A stretch of DNA of 53,357 nucleotides, taken from assembly GCF_011745625.1 (NCBI RefSeq), contig NW_027191500.1, positions 62,001 to 115,357 on the forward strand. Reading direction: 5' to 3'. Below the pieces are notes generated by a model. It was not told the origin of the DNA, made no database searches, and saw only the letters and a program-made list of their open reading frames with translations. The position numbers and the translations under genes were made by a program. Numbering within the stretch: position 1 is the first letter of the stretch; the number at the start of each line of letters is the position of its first letter. Positions 1-11,452 of this stretch are shown here, piece after piece. The stretch comes from Cladosporium halotolerans (Eukaryota).

Positions 1-517
1 CGCGCCGAAAGACCGGAGCAGTACATGCTTGGACGGATGTTCCTTCAAGGCGCGTATGTCGTCGCCGACTATGAGCGACAGAACTTTTCGGTATCCCAAG
101 CTTTGTTTCCAGATGCCTCTCAAAAGTCCGGCAACACCATAGTACACGGGCCTGGAGAATGCTACTTCACTGAGCGCTGGAGACATCGCCGGCATCGTAG
201 TGGGTGCCGTAATAGCGATCTCGATCATAGCAGCCGGAATGCGGTGGTGTGCGCGTTGGCGGAAGACCAAGGCTATCGTCGTGAGTCAGGGGAAGCCAGA
301 GGGACCTCTGGTGGGAGACCACAAGCCTGGCATGGAGCTCGATGGACTCGACTCCCAGCGACATGAGCTAAGCTATTTGAAGGGCAATCTTGAGTTGGAC
401 GGAGTTCATATAGTGCTCACGGAGCTGGATCAGCAGACCGAGCGGCAAGTTGAGTTGGCTGGCAGTGATGCAGTTTCGATTGCGAGAGATTCCGCCCAGA
501 GACGTGAGCTGCCATAA
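1..517 (+). pseudogene. 3' end of a membrane-anchored aspartic protease (pepsin/yapsin-like) gene, apparently frameshifted; 5' part lies outside the window
   Basis: Frame 1 reads YMLGRMFLQGAYVVADYERQNFSVSQA, the typical C-terminal motif of fungal A1 proteases. The expected TM segment LSAGDIAGIVVGAVIAISIIAAG and a MELDG/ELDG-type cytoplasmic tail are in frame 2, which has a TAG at 140. No intron of plausible size joins the two frames. Confidence 0.55.
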
Positions 518-3500
518 GCGTGCAGAATTGTAGAAACACTGGAAATGTATCGTCGTTGTCGTGTCCTTGTCAAGAAAGCACAACGTCGTCGTAAGGACCT
601 GTCAAAGCGGGCATACCATCTAGTTACGTAGAGCCCACGTGGATTTGGATCCACGGAACGAGTGACGACCTAGTTGGCTGACCTTAACGAGATGCTACCA
701 GCGAGGCTTCAAGTGGAGAGACACGTGGAGAGACTTGAGCTGCCTTGAACGAGCACGCCACGGGTGACACGATAATAATGGCAACACCATTATGTCTTCG
801 CCAGGCAACAGAACACACCACCAAGAAATTGTCATGCACCCCGGATCAGACGATCCGTCTTGTCACTAGGGAGCCTCTCAGCCTTATGCGATCACATGAA
901 ATGCGCGCAAAGATGTCAGCCAAGCGGATAGAGGTCTTTGTCCTCCTGCCAGCCAAGATCATATTAGTCACGGCATTGATCGCGAAAATGGCAGGCAGCG
1001 GCACGCCCTTTGTATGCCGAGTGACGCTCGGTATGCCGCTGAGGCTTGCTGATTTTGGAGCACCCCCGTAGTCTTGTGTATAGGCCCGACATGAGCATTG
1101 TCCAGGAGGCCTGGACCGTTAAAAGCCTTGGAAGACGTATTGACAGGGAGATACAAGCGGCCGGTCTTGCGATAGCGAGAAGTATAGATGAATCTTTCCG
1201 TCCTTTCAAGCTCGTGAGCACGTTTACCAAGAAAGCGGCAGGTCGATTGTGCTTCGCTGGGGCAAAGCCGAGCCCTGGCGCTTGCGTGTCGGGCTTGCCT
1301 ACAATTGACCCTTGCGCCGAGAAACTGCGCCTCTAGTCGACGAGTAGCGCGAGGGCCGCTGAGGCTTCGTCGTCCACGGCTTCAGAGGTCAGCCACGGAG
1401 CAATTGAGAGGGCCTTTCCGTGGAGCCATGCTTGATCGCTGGGCTGATCCTGCAACACGTGTGGTGGCTGCCTTGGCGGAGGTCGTCCCTCCGCTGGCCA
1501 TTAAGACTGGCATCGTATAGGGGTGCCATGAGCCTCAGACCACAATCCATTCAGCGCTGTAAATTGCCGCTTCCAATTCTTTCACCTGCGGAAAAAACTG
1601 TTGCGCCATCCGTGGTACTTATCCGGCCGGTTGTAGGCCCGTAGGCAATATTTGTGGACGCCAGTCAGCCTCTTCACGGCGCGCCGGATCAAGTAGCATG
1701 AACGATTCGCTGGGACAGATGGCACGCGGTCCAAGCAAGCCAAGCCAATACGCTCGCCGCCGAAGTCGCACGGCGAGCAAGATAACGGACCGAACAACGC
1801 ACGCCGTGGCTTGGATGGAGAGAAGCCAACACGAGGCGAAGTCTCTAGGCCCAAGCACCAAGCACGCATTGCTTGGACGGAGCGCCGCGCCCACTTGGCA
1901 ACAAGCATCTTGTGGGGAGCGGTCGAAGCAAGCAACACGTCTGGTGGGCGGCCGATAAGCTTAACCGGCACTTGGTTTGGCGCGACCCCGCCCAAAGCGA
2001 GTCGGCGTCGCTCTTGTGGCTTGGCTTTACTTCATTTTCGCGTGGGAGTGGGGCCACCGATGCACGGTAAGACCCCTTCTGGGCGTCTTTTCGACTCGTC
2101 TGGATCCGCAGGTTCCGAGGTGATTTCTTGGACGATAAACTGGTTGGCGATAGAGGGCGACACCTGTCCACTTGTCTGCCGTTCTCGGGAGGAGAAGCCC
2201 TCTACTCGCTGCGAGAAGATGCAAGGCCATTATGGCCAGAGCGAAAGGATCCCGAGCCGTGCAGCATCAGCTGCGGATCAGCACATAAGCATAAACCCCG
2301 GAAAGGCGGAGAGATTGTCCTGGCAGGTGCAGGTCGGTGGGCTGAGCGCCAAGTCATACTCACGCGAGCGTTGGCCACGGAAACTGCCACAGGTGCCCCC
2401 AGACGAAGTGACAAGCCATGCTAAGAGAAGGCGAGCAGAGGGCGTGGCGCACCCATCAGCTGATGACGAGGCTGTGTTTCTCGCTATACGCAGCGCCCAA
2501 GACTCCCGCCAGAGCGAAAAAGGATCGCCATGAGCCGTGGCTTGCTCGGCCGGCCAGGTTCGGGATAAGCTTGAAGTGCCAAGCACGACTATCAGCTTGG
2601 CCAAGGCGCGGCCCGCATATCATAGCGAGCTGGGAAGGTGTGTCTCAGGCCGCGGACGAGCATGAGGGCGGGAAGGCCATGCAGAAATGCTCGATGGCAG
2701 CGGGAGAAGTCTGCCATCTGTGCTGCGGGCTATCGGCGTGCGTGCCGAGAGATGGTGATAGACGGCACGACGTGTCCCTTGAGCTACACGATCCTCCGCG
2801 GCAAGCTTGGACGAGCCAAGCTTACACAAGAAGCTTGGAACCTTGCGCCAACGATAGTGGCTTGGTGAGGGTCTTGGGCGGGCTTGTCGAGACCCCGGTC
2901 CGTTTCGCCTGGGGAAGCGAAGCCTGGGTCTCACACGGCTTGGCCCTGGGGGCAGGTGTGTAGATGTGTACAGGTACCTTGGTTGGCAGAGGGCGTGTAT
3001 GGTGTGCGCTCCCGAGCGGTCACGGCCATACATACTGGCTGCCAAGGGGCGTGGTGCGACAACGCCGGAGCTGCCGGCATGTCTATGTGGGTGTGCGATG
3101 CGCTTGCGAGGGCTCGCGTGTCGGTGCCAACGATCTGTATGGCCAGCCCAACCGCAGCCGTGGAGGGCAGACAGCGGCGCCCGTTGGCTGGCGGAGAGTT
3201 TGCCCGCCGAGAGCGCCTGGACGCCAAGCAAATTTAGAGGGCATCGATTTAGAGTTAGTTTTTAGCGCGCATGGGGCGTGAATCGCATTCCTCGGCTCGC
3301 TCTTGTGCGGTCATCAACGACCTGATTTTGCTTCCCTCCGCCCAACGCTGTTGCCGCTCGTCTTTTCTCACACTCACCAAGGTCCTGCCATCCGTGACTT
3401 GATCCACAGCCTAAGTGACGAGACGACTGTTTGTCCGGCTGGGGCCTCGCAATACTACGGACACATATACACCACCCACGTGGCGCCTTCTCCATCCTGG

Positions 3501-3557
3501 GACTCCAGTACACAAGAGGTGCGACTCCTTCTGCCTGCCGCTCTGGCGATGCACGCT

Positions 3558-3574
3558 TACTAACGCGCCTCTAG
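3558..3574 (+). promoter_or_regulatory. Branch point and 3' splice site of a probable 5'-UTR intron of the Gti1/Pac2 gene
   Basis: Perfect TACTAAC at 3558-3564 followed by CTAG at 3571-3574, 65 nt upstream of the ATG at 3639. Donor not identified with certainty. Confidence 0.5.
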
Positions 3575-3638
3575 TTGCTTCTCACAAACTGTTTTCTTTC
3601 TCGATTGCACTAGCAGATCCTCAGACTGCTCGGTAGCA

Positions 3639-5033
3639 ATGGAGACATATAACGGGCACGTCCGCACTCCTGCGGACGCGATCATTCTCTTTGAAGCATG
3701 CCGTATCGGTCTCCTTCCGCGTGTTCAGAGGCGCCTTTCTGAGAAGGAAAGGCAATCGATCAAATCTGGCTCTGTCTTCGTCTGGGATGAGCGCGAGGCT
3801 GGCATGCGCAGATGGACTGATGGCAAATCCTGGAGTGCCAGCCGTGTTTCGGGCAGCTTTCTCACCTATCGCGAAATGGAGGGCAAGCGTGGAGGCAGCA
3901 GCTTCGATAAGAACGCCAGCCGAGAAGCCGCTCAAGCCAGCAACGAGCAAGACTCTGACGGCGGGCCTGACGGTTACCGCTACAAGCCTGACGGCTTGAT
4001 GAAGCAGTCTTTCTCCATCACCACGAACAACAACCAGCATCTGCACCTCATCAGCTACTACTCTCGCTCTTCGCAACAAGCACAGCACTTGATGCAGCCG
4101 ACAAATGACCCTCAGCTTCGCCACATTCGCCCCGAGAAGGGCATGTACCCCGAGTCCACAGTTCACGAACAGAGCACAATTCCTGCCGTCACTCGTGGAC
4201 CAATGGGCTCGCCTGGGTACACCCACGCAGCACACCAGCCTCCCATGTACGCACGCCCTGGCTATGGCTACCCGCCGCACCCTGCTGCTTGGGCGCCTCC
4301 CAGTCCGATGCACACGCCGCCGCCTCACCCTCACTACGGCCCTTACTACCAGCACCCCGGACATCCAGGCTACCCGCCCCACATGGGATACCCGCCTCAC
4401 CCTGCGTATGGACCGACTGCTTACGACCGACCGCCTCCTCACATGCCTGGCCACGGTCTGCCTCCGCCTCCACACTATGGACATGGCCCGCCACCGGCAG
4501 GCATGCCAGGACCTGGCTACCCGCCTTCATATCCTCCTCCTTACGCAGGCTACGGATCTTACCCGCCTCCTCCTGTCAGCTCTGCTGCTGCTTACACACC
4601 TTCGACTGCTCCTGCTTCAGCACCTCCAGCGCCCGCTCTCCCCAAAGGCGACTCTCGTCCCGTTCCTCCGCCAGTCGCCATCCCGGAGCCGAAGAAGGAC
4701 GAACGCCAGGACTCCCACCAGAGCCAACTCAAGTCGCCCGCGCAATCCACTCCGGAAGCCCAAACTCAAGCTGGCGCGCAATCGCAGTCCTCCGGTCCGC
4801 CTTCGGCCTCAGGAGCCGCAGCTCCCGCCACCAGCTCTGGCCAGACAATCCCCAGCATCCATGCCATGCTCAACGCGGGCGAAAATGGGCAGCCTCCAGT
4901 TCGCTCCAGCAGCCGCAGCCCGGGCGGTAGCCGCATGGCGTCCGACATTCCCATGCACAAGCTGGGCTTCGAGGCGAGCCGCGATGTGCAGGCGCTTAGG
5001 AACCTGGACAAGACCACTTTCAAGGCGTACTAG
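3639..5033 (+). CDS. pac2: Gti1/Pac2 (WOPR) family transcription regulator, Pac2-type
   Basis: 464-aa ORF. N-terminus METYNGHVRTPADAIILFEAC...GSVFVWDEREAGMRRWTDGKSWSASRVSGSFLTYRE and GYRYKPDGLMKQSFS...HLISYY are the two WOPR subdomains. Pro/Tyr/His-rich low-complexity C-terminal half. Confidence 0.93.
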   Translation: METYNGHVRTPADAIILFEACRIGLLPRVQRRLSEKERQSIKSGSVFVWDEREAGMRRWTDGKSWSASRVSGSFLTYREMEGKRGGSSFDKNASREAAQASNEQDSDGGPDGYRYKPDGLMKQSFSITTNNNQHLHLISYYSRSSQQAQHLMQPTNDPQLRHIRPEKGMYPESTVHEQSTIPAVTRGPMGSPGYTHAAHQPPMYARPGYGYPPHPAAWAPPSPMHTPPPHPHYGPYYQHPGHPGYPPHMGYPPHPAYGPTAYDRPPPHMPGHGLPPPPHYGHGPPPAGMPGPGYPPSYPPPYAGYGSYPPPPVSSAAAYTPSTAPASAPPAPALPKGDSRPVPPPVAIPEPKKDERQDSHQSQLKSPAQSTPEAQTQAGAQSQSSGPPSASGAAAPATSSGQTIPSIHAMLNAGENGQPPVRSSSRSPGGSRMASDIPMHKLGFEASRDVQALRNLDKTTFKAY

Positions 5034-5745
5034 ATGCGGCATTAAGACGCATGTTTGATTTTCATCATTGCTGGGGTTTTAGCGAGGGCGTTCAAATGGC
5101 GTGTGAAGCCGATACGCCCGGTCAAGCGGGCTGGCTAGTTTTTCTGCTTTTTAGCTTTATGTTCATGATCGAGATGAGGATTGATATCGCTTATGTAGCT
5201 GCTGCTGTTGATATCGAATATCAACGAAAACACTTTCTCACATCACATCCATCTTACGCCCTGAATCACAAGTCCACATCTATTTCAAAGTCAACCATGA
5301 CTGGCTGCACAGCACGAATGAACGTACGATAGGTCTTAAACCATTGCATTGACTGGTATCTGAATGCCATTCGTAATTTCCCGTGAGCAGCAAATACTCG
5401 TTGCGCCTGCCACTTCGTCCATACAGCATGACCTTGCAGGACGTGCCACTGATAACCCGCCTGATAGCCCAGCCATTGCATGCATCCTCATCCAATTCTC
5501 AGCGTCAAGGCGGAAAATCATCGAGTCCCGGTGGACGCGATTCCGTCCTCCCGAGAAGTGCCTCATGAATCAACTGCAAGCTCGCTAGAGAAAGACCAGG
5601 CGCTGCCGTACTCGGAGAATCTCGCTAAGAGAGGTAAAGACCCAAGCGCCATTCGCGTCTATCAGCCATTTCGCCAGGAGCCGGTCTAGATGGAATATGA
5701 AAGCCGTTTGATCAATCTGCCTGCCTCCTTTTCCCTGGAGCAGGT

Positions 5746-6161
5746 TTACTGCCTCGAGCGAGAGCCCGAAGTCGTGCGCGTCGAATTCGGGCGAGGCGAA
5801 AGACCAGGGTTGGCCTCGTTCCAAGTATTCACGAGCACTCTGCGCATCGCCAAAGATCAGCATTCTGTCCACGTCTTGAGCCGTGCGCGACATCACACCC
5901 CCGTCCATGCCCTCGCTCCCATGACTCGGAAAACCCCAGGACTCACCTCTGCGTGCGATCCGCGTACTCCTCCGCATTCATCTCCTTGACCCCGACTTTC
6001 AGCCCGCCCTCTTTCGTGAAGCTCATGTGCTTCTTCTCCATGTGCTTCTGCCCGCGGTCCGCCAGCTCGTTGCTCCACAGGTAGATCTGGTAGCCGAAGT
6101 AAGCGGCGGCGCCGACGACGGCGAAGAGCACGACGAGCGGGAGGAGAGACGTGATGCCCAT
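5746..6161 (-). CDS. Small single-TM conserved fungal hypothetical protein (2 exons)
   Basis: Exon 1 6161-5947 (N-terminal hydrophobic helix, then KHMEKKHMSFTKEGGLKVGVKE). Intron 5946-5840 (GTGAGT...GCTGAT...CAG). Exon 2 reads RVLVNTWNEANPG...SRQ to a TAA at 5748-5746. Confidence 0.75.
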
Positions 6162-6936
6162 GGCGAGTGAGTGTTTCGTGCTGCGGTGGCTGGCGAAGTG
6201 GGATGTCGGGGGTTTGTCTTGCTCGTAAGGGATGGAATGCTGGTCGGGGAGCGGCAGAGCGAGTGGATGACCGCGTCAGTTGGGCAACAGTACGTGTATC
6301 GCTGCGCCACGGAGAGCGAACGGTCGCGTGGTGGGGGAGACGACGTCGTGAGAGGGTGTGGAGAGGGGATCGTGGAGACGGGCGACGCTTGGCGAGACCC
6401 TTGAGCTGGGATGTGGGTGAGACGCTGGAGCAAAGCAAGCTTCCAGCCTGAAACATCGTCTACGCGCTATATTACGAGAACGGACGATATTGGTCGGCCT
6501 TATGGCGGTGTCACGGTACGAATTCCTTGCTGGATCTGAAACGGACTGATGCACTTGGATTCGAATAAATCAGTCGCTGCTACGCTACAGCGCGGAAGGA
6601 TCTTTGAACGGCGCTCTTGCTGCCGATTTCTGCATTTCAGCAACGTCCTCGAGTTGATCTGATCTTCCTGCGCTGTGCTGGTCTACTTCGGTCTGGATCT
6701 CAGCCATCCTGGCTTCGATGCCCAGTCACTGGCAGCGCTGCGCTCAGTCTAATCTCTCAGAGCTGACAAAGAGCATTGCAAGAAATGCCTGCGTTCCTCT
6801 GTGTTGGTGCGCGGGATTATGTGAACCTTCGGGAGAGAGGGACTCCGCCTGCTTTCAGGTCCATGCACTTCCGAGTCTCTCATTGATTCACATGTGATCG
6901 CTTTCCCCATTAATCCGTCCAGATCTGCTCCATGAC

Positions 6937-7714
6937 TCAATCGTCCACCCAGGTAGTGAATCTCCAAGACCCGTTGCTCGGACTCACGGTCAAGCGCAGA
7001 CGTTCGACAAACCATTCATCGTACATGCGACTCGCTGCCCGCATCGCAAGAGCGTGACCTGGGCCAGCGCCGCCACGACGTGCATCTGAGCGATCTCTCC
7101 AGAGGCCTGAGACTCATCAGCATCGATTCATCGGAAAACCTCTACAACTTACAGGTGGCTAGGTTCCTGCCCAAGTCATTAGGCGTGCCAAACCAGTACT
7201 TCAGCAGCCCGCCACCCTCCACGGCTTCAAGGTGTGCCGCCTTGTCGAGCTCACCGAGCAGCTTTCTGTCGGCGGTCTTGTTTACCCGGGAGCGGAAAAC
7301 AATGACGTAAAGATGAAGATCCTCTTGCGTAGCATCAGGCTGCTCTGCCAGCATTGAGCGACAGAAAACATCGACGATCGAATCCCAATTGAATGCCTGC
7401 GGATATGGAGCGGTGGCATAGTCTTGTGTGATCCATCGCATGTTTGTGAGGGCCTTTGCGAAGAGTTGAAGAGGTCTGTCGAGAGTGGTGAGGTCGAGGT
7501 GGTGTGCGGGCTCCCCGTATGGCGATGATTGAAGGAGATGGCGGTTTGTAAGGGGTGCTGTGAACGAAGCTATCTCTACGGCCGTAAACTTCTTTGTTTG
7601 GGAGAGCTTTTTCTTTTTGGTAGGACTTGGTAGGTCTGCAGTTTCAACATGAAGGACGTCGTCTTTCATTGTCCAGTTTGGATCAAGCGTTGCGACATCC
7701 AGGCCCGGCGCCAT
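6937..7714 (-). CDS. UPF0643-like conserved fungal protein (2 exons)
   Basis: Motifs PYPQAFNW, YVIVFRS, LDKAAHLEAVEGGGLLKYWFGTP and NLATC|LWRDRSDARRGGAGPGH...MYDEW. Intron 7152-7107 (GTAAGT...CTGAT...CAG). Stop at 6939-6937. Start codon uncertain. Confidence 0.8.
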
Positions 7715-8187
7715 CGTCAAAAACGCGGCTCGGTTTGTAAATGCGTGACTTGGAGTGCTTGAATTGACAAAAATTTACAGAGGTACCTTATCGAAGAGGA
7801 ATGTCCCCGTACGACATTGAATAATTGCATTGTTGAGAAATGATGACCTTTACCGCTCGCGAAACCGTCGTTCTATTGCGCGAGATGGCGTGATGAAGCA
7901 CGCAAGCAATCGCGCCTGGCTCAACGGCGCACCGCTGGAACAACGCCCTCCATACAGCATCCAAGAAATGAAATATCGTCTGAGATCTGTTTTGCAATGA
8001 TATGACATGATCAAGACAGTTGGATCGACCGCAAAAGATAGTACTGATCCGGCTTTCGTTGAAGTCCAGACCCTGCCGTGCTTTGCGAGCCTCACGAAAT
8101 TGCTCTGCGCACATGAATGCGCGCGACTCTTTACATCCGGAATGTTCCTGAATGCGATCATACAACCAGGATCTCATACGCATAATA

Positions 8188-9286
8188 CTACTCTTCGAAG
8201 TAACTAGAGTATGCATTGAGCGCAGGCTGTCCGCCGAGGTGAACGTACAGGACATTGCTACCGGCGGCAATGCTTCCCTCCTTGATCAGCTGGACCATTC
8301 CCGCCATACTCTTACCCTCATACACTGGATCAGTGATTAGCGCATCTGTGCGGGCAGCAAGCTTCATGGCTTCTGATGTGGTCGGACCCGGGATGCCATA
8401 GATACCCTCGTGGAAGCGTTCGTCTAGGACGACCGCTTCGTCGGGGATTTTCAGCTCGGGATCAAGCAAAGCAGCAGTCGCACGAGCGATGCGAGTGACT
8501 TGTTCCTTCGTCTCCGCAGGTTTCGCTGAGGCATCGATACCGATAACTTTACGCCCTTTGCCTTCGGCCACCGCACCGACGATAAGGCCTGCGTGCGACG
8601 AGCCTGTCACGCTGCAAACGACGAGGGTGTCAAAGAAGACACCGAGCTGATTCTCCTGCTCTGCGAGCTCGACAACGAAGTTCGTAAACCCAAGACCTCC
8701 GAGCTCGTGGTCCGAAGCGCCAGCAGGCACATAGTAGGGCTTGCCTCCCTTCTGGGCCACATCGTCCATAGCCTGCTTCGTCGCAGTCTTATGGCCAATG
8801 TGGAACGGCTCATTGTTGAGTCGGACGTCGCCACCCATGAGCCGGGACAAGAGAATGTTGCCGGTCTTGTCGTAGAGGGGAGGATCGATTGGGACCCATT
8901 TTTCTTGGACGGTGACGGCTTTGAGTCCAGACGCTGTCGCAACGGCTGTCACGGCGCGAGTGTGGTTGCTCTGCACTCCACCGACAGATACGAGGGTGTC
9001 GCAGCCCTTAGAGATGGCATCCGCTACCAAGAACTCCAGCTTGCGGACTTTGTTACCACCGTATGCTAGGCCACTGAGACGTTGTTAATGAGCTTTTCGG
9101 TGGATGAGTGACGGAGCTAGGATACCTGTTGCAATCATCGCGTTTTGCCCAGATCTTGACATCGCCAGCTGGCGACACTTCTTTAGATAGCCTCGGGAGG
9201 AACTGTATAGGTGATGGGCCGAACAAGAAGGTCTGCTTCGGAATGCTTCGCAACTTCTTGACGTAAGTCGGTTCGGTCTCAGGCAT
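8188..9286 (-). CDS. acdS: 1-aminocyclopropane-1-carboxylate (ACC) deaminase, PLP-dependent (2 exons)
   Basis: Removing intron 9125-9074 gives [24 protein letters not shown] (PLP lysine motif). Also GGVQSNHTR, CSVTGSSHAG, TDPVYEGKS and HLGG; the Glu and Leu in the last two motifs distinguish ACC deaminases from D-cysteine desulfhydrases. Confidence 0.95.
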
Positions 9287-9719
9287 TTTGGAAGGATGTT
9301 AATGATGATCAGTGTGGTAAATCTGGTCAATCTTCAATCTGGTTCAGACAGCAGTGGAATACAATCGTTCAGTAGTAGTAATGCCAATGTACCATGTGAC
9401 ATGTGGATCCTCGGCCGGCGTTTGAACCCACCAAGCCGACATCGCTGCTTTGCCTATCGTACAGATAGCGCAACTCTGCCCAGCTATAGGCATGACACAT
9501 TACAAGATACCCAACCTCGGATAAAGAATCCTTGTTTTAATCCGTGTAAACTTCGGCATTCGTTGAAGCTGATATCTTCGTTTGGACCACAACACTAGAC
9601 TGCTTGCATCTCAATCCGAGGTCTTATCGTCTCATGGTGGGGGCCTCTCACAGTAGCAATATATGCTGGAGGAAGCTCAGTCCAGAAAACAGCTTCGATG
9701 GGCAGGACAAGTGTGGAGA

Positions 9720-11295
9720 TTACTTGACTTTATCAAACCAGATGAGCTCCTCCAATTCTGCCTCCAAATGCAAGCCCATGCTCACAGCCCGTTCGCCCTC
9801 CAGCTTGAACTCTGCGGCTATGCAATCATCGTTACCCTCTAACATCAAAGTGAGACGTGCTATGAACTTGGTCTGCTGACCAACATGCTCGAAGTGTACA
9901 ACAAAGCCACCCGATGTGCGGTCCGTCGCGTCGACGAAAAGCTCGCCATCCTTGACTGTCACCACCATCTCGTGATACCCACGGCTGGTATACGTACCTG
10001 TATACGCGCCAAGCGGTAGGCTGTGCTCCTCTGAGTTTCTCTGACCCAGGCCTAATTTCTCAAGAACCTGGTTGATGTCGCTCTCTCCATCAAGTGGTCC
10101 CTCGGCAAGGCTGGCCTGATGGTCAGACCATTGCGGCCGCTCAGATCGAGGTACCTGAAGAGCCTCATCGATTAGCTCTCTCGACAACACTGCAGCAAGA
10201 TCCCAAGCGCCACTCGCATTACCAAGTATGACGCCGCCGAACTTCTGCTCCGGTAGAAAGAATTGCGTTGAGCCGAACCCTGCAATCGAGCCATCGTGAG
10301 TGACAACCATGCTGCCGCGGTACCAATATATTTCCAAACCGCTGGCACAGACGGTAGGAGAGCACATCGGGGCTATCGAAGCTGCGTGCGGATCCGGCTC
10401 GATGAACATGCGCATTTTGACAATGCCCTCGTAGACTTCGGATGTGACAGGCCCTTCGCGGTTCAGCAGCGCTTTCACCCAGAGAAGGTAGTCTTCAGCC
10501 GTAGTGATGATCGAGCCTGCTCCCTGGCACTCGGGACTATCCCAAGCTGAGAAGCTCCGATACTTCTGTGCTTCGTCATCCCAGACGTGCCCTGCAGCCA
10601 TTCGATTGCTGAAGCCTTTCTCAATGGCTTGAGAGGGCTGCAAGCTCGTCGAGGTCATTCCTAACGGCTTGAAGATTCTCTGGCTGAGGAAATCTGAGAA
10701 GCTCAAGCCGCTAATTGATTCGACGAGGTATGAGGCGACGGTATACATCATGTTGCAGTATATGTACTTCGTCCGAGGCGGCGCCGCCATTGCGAGATTA
10801 CGAAGATTCCTTGTCACGGACTTGGGCGTGTCGGCTTTCATGGCAGTCGGGCCCATGTACGAGTCGTCATGGCTTGGAAGCATCAGTATATGAACGAGTG
10901 CATTAACCCTTCGGGACCATGGCCACTCACTTCGGCAACCCGCTCCTATGGCTCAGAATATCTTCCACTGTGACTTCGTTGGTGTATCTTACATCCGAGA
11001 GCACGAAGTCGTCAGGCAACAGCTTCGCGACAGGAGTGTCCCATTGGACTTCTGGGTGTTCTTCATCCATAACCAAGATCGCAACTGCAGCTGCTGTCAA
11101 CGACTTTGATGAAGATGCGATGTCAAACAATGTTGAGGGCGTGCATGGCGACTTCGGATCGATCGATGCCTCTCCGAAGCATTTTGATGATATTTCGCCG
11201 CCATCTATGATTGCTAATGAGACGCCAGGGACATGATGTGAAAGCAGGAGCTCGTTTACGCGCTCGGAGAGTTTGTCAGACTCGAAGAATTCCAT
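9720..11295 (-). CDS. Beta-lactamase/AmpC-family serine hydrolase with C-terminal DUF3471-like domain (2 exons)
   Basis: FDIASSSKS (SxxK), DILSHRSGLP, YCN (YxN) and HDGS motifs; C-terminal YTGTYTSRGYHEM. Intron 10930-10873. Likely start MEFFES at 11295. Confidence 0.92.
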
Positions 11296-11452
11296 GACCA
11301 AGGGAAGGGACGCGAGCCACCTAATGCACGGCGAATTACCAAAGAGGAATGCAGAAATGATCGTGCTGCGATGTTGGATAGGAAGAAAATCTGAGCTGAG
11401 ATTTTGTTGTATTATACAAGGTGACTCAACCCGAGCCGGCCTCACCGGAGGC

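Noticed and set aside
745..3513. Many overlapping 60-240 aa ORFs on both strands
   Set aside because: Arg/Ser/Ala-rich translations with no recognisable motif or consistent splice model; expected by chance in GC-rich intergenic DNA.
3621..5058. Long alternative-frame and antisense ORFs (287, 317, 213 aa) over the Pac2 gene
   Set aside because: Shadows of a GC-rich, Pro-rich coding region with biased codon usage.
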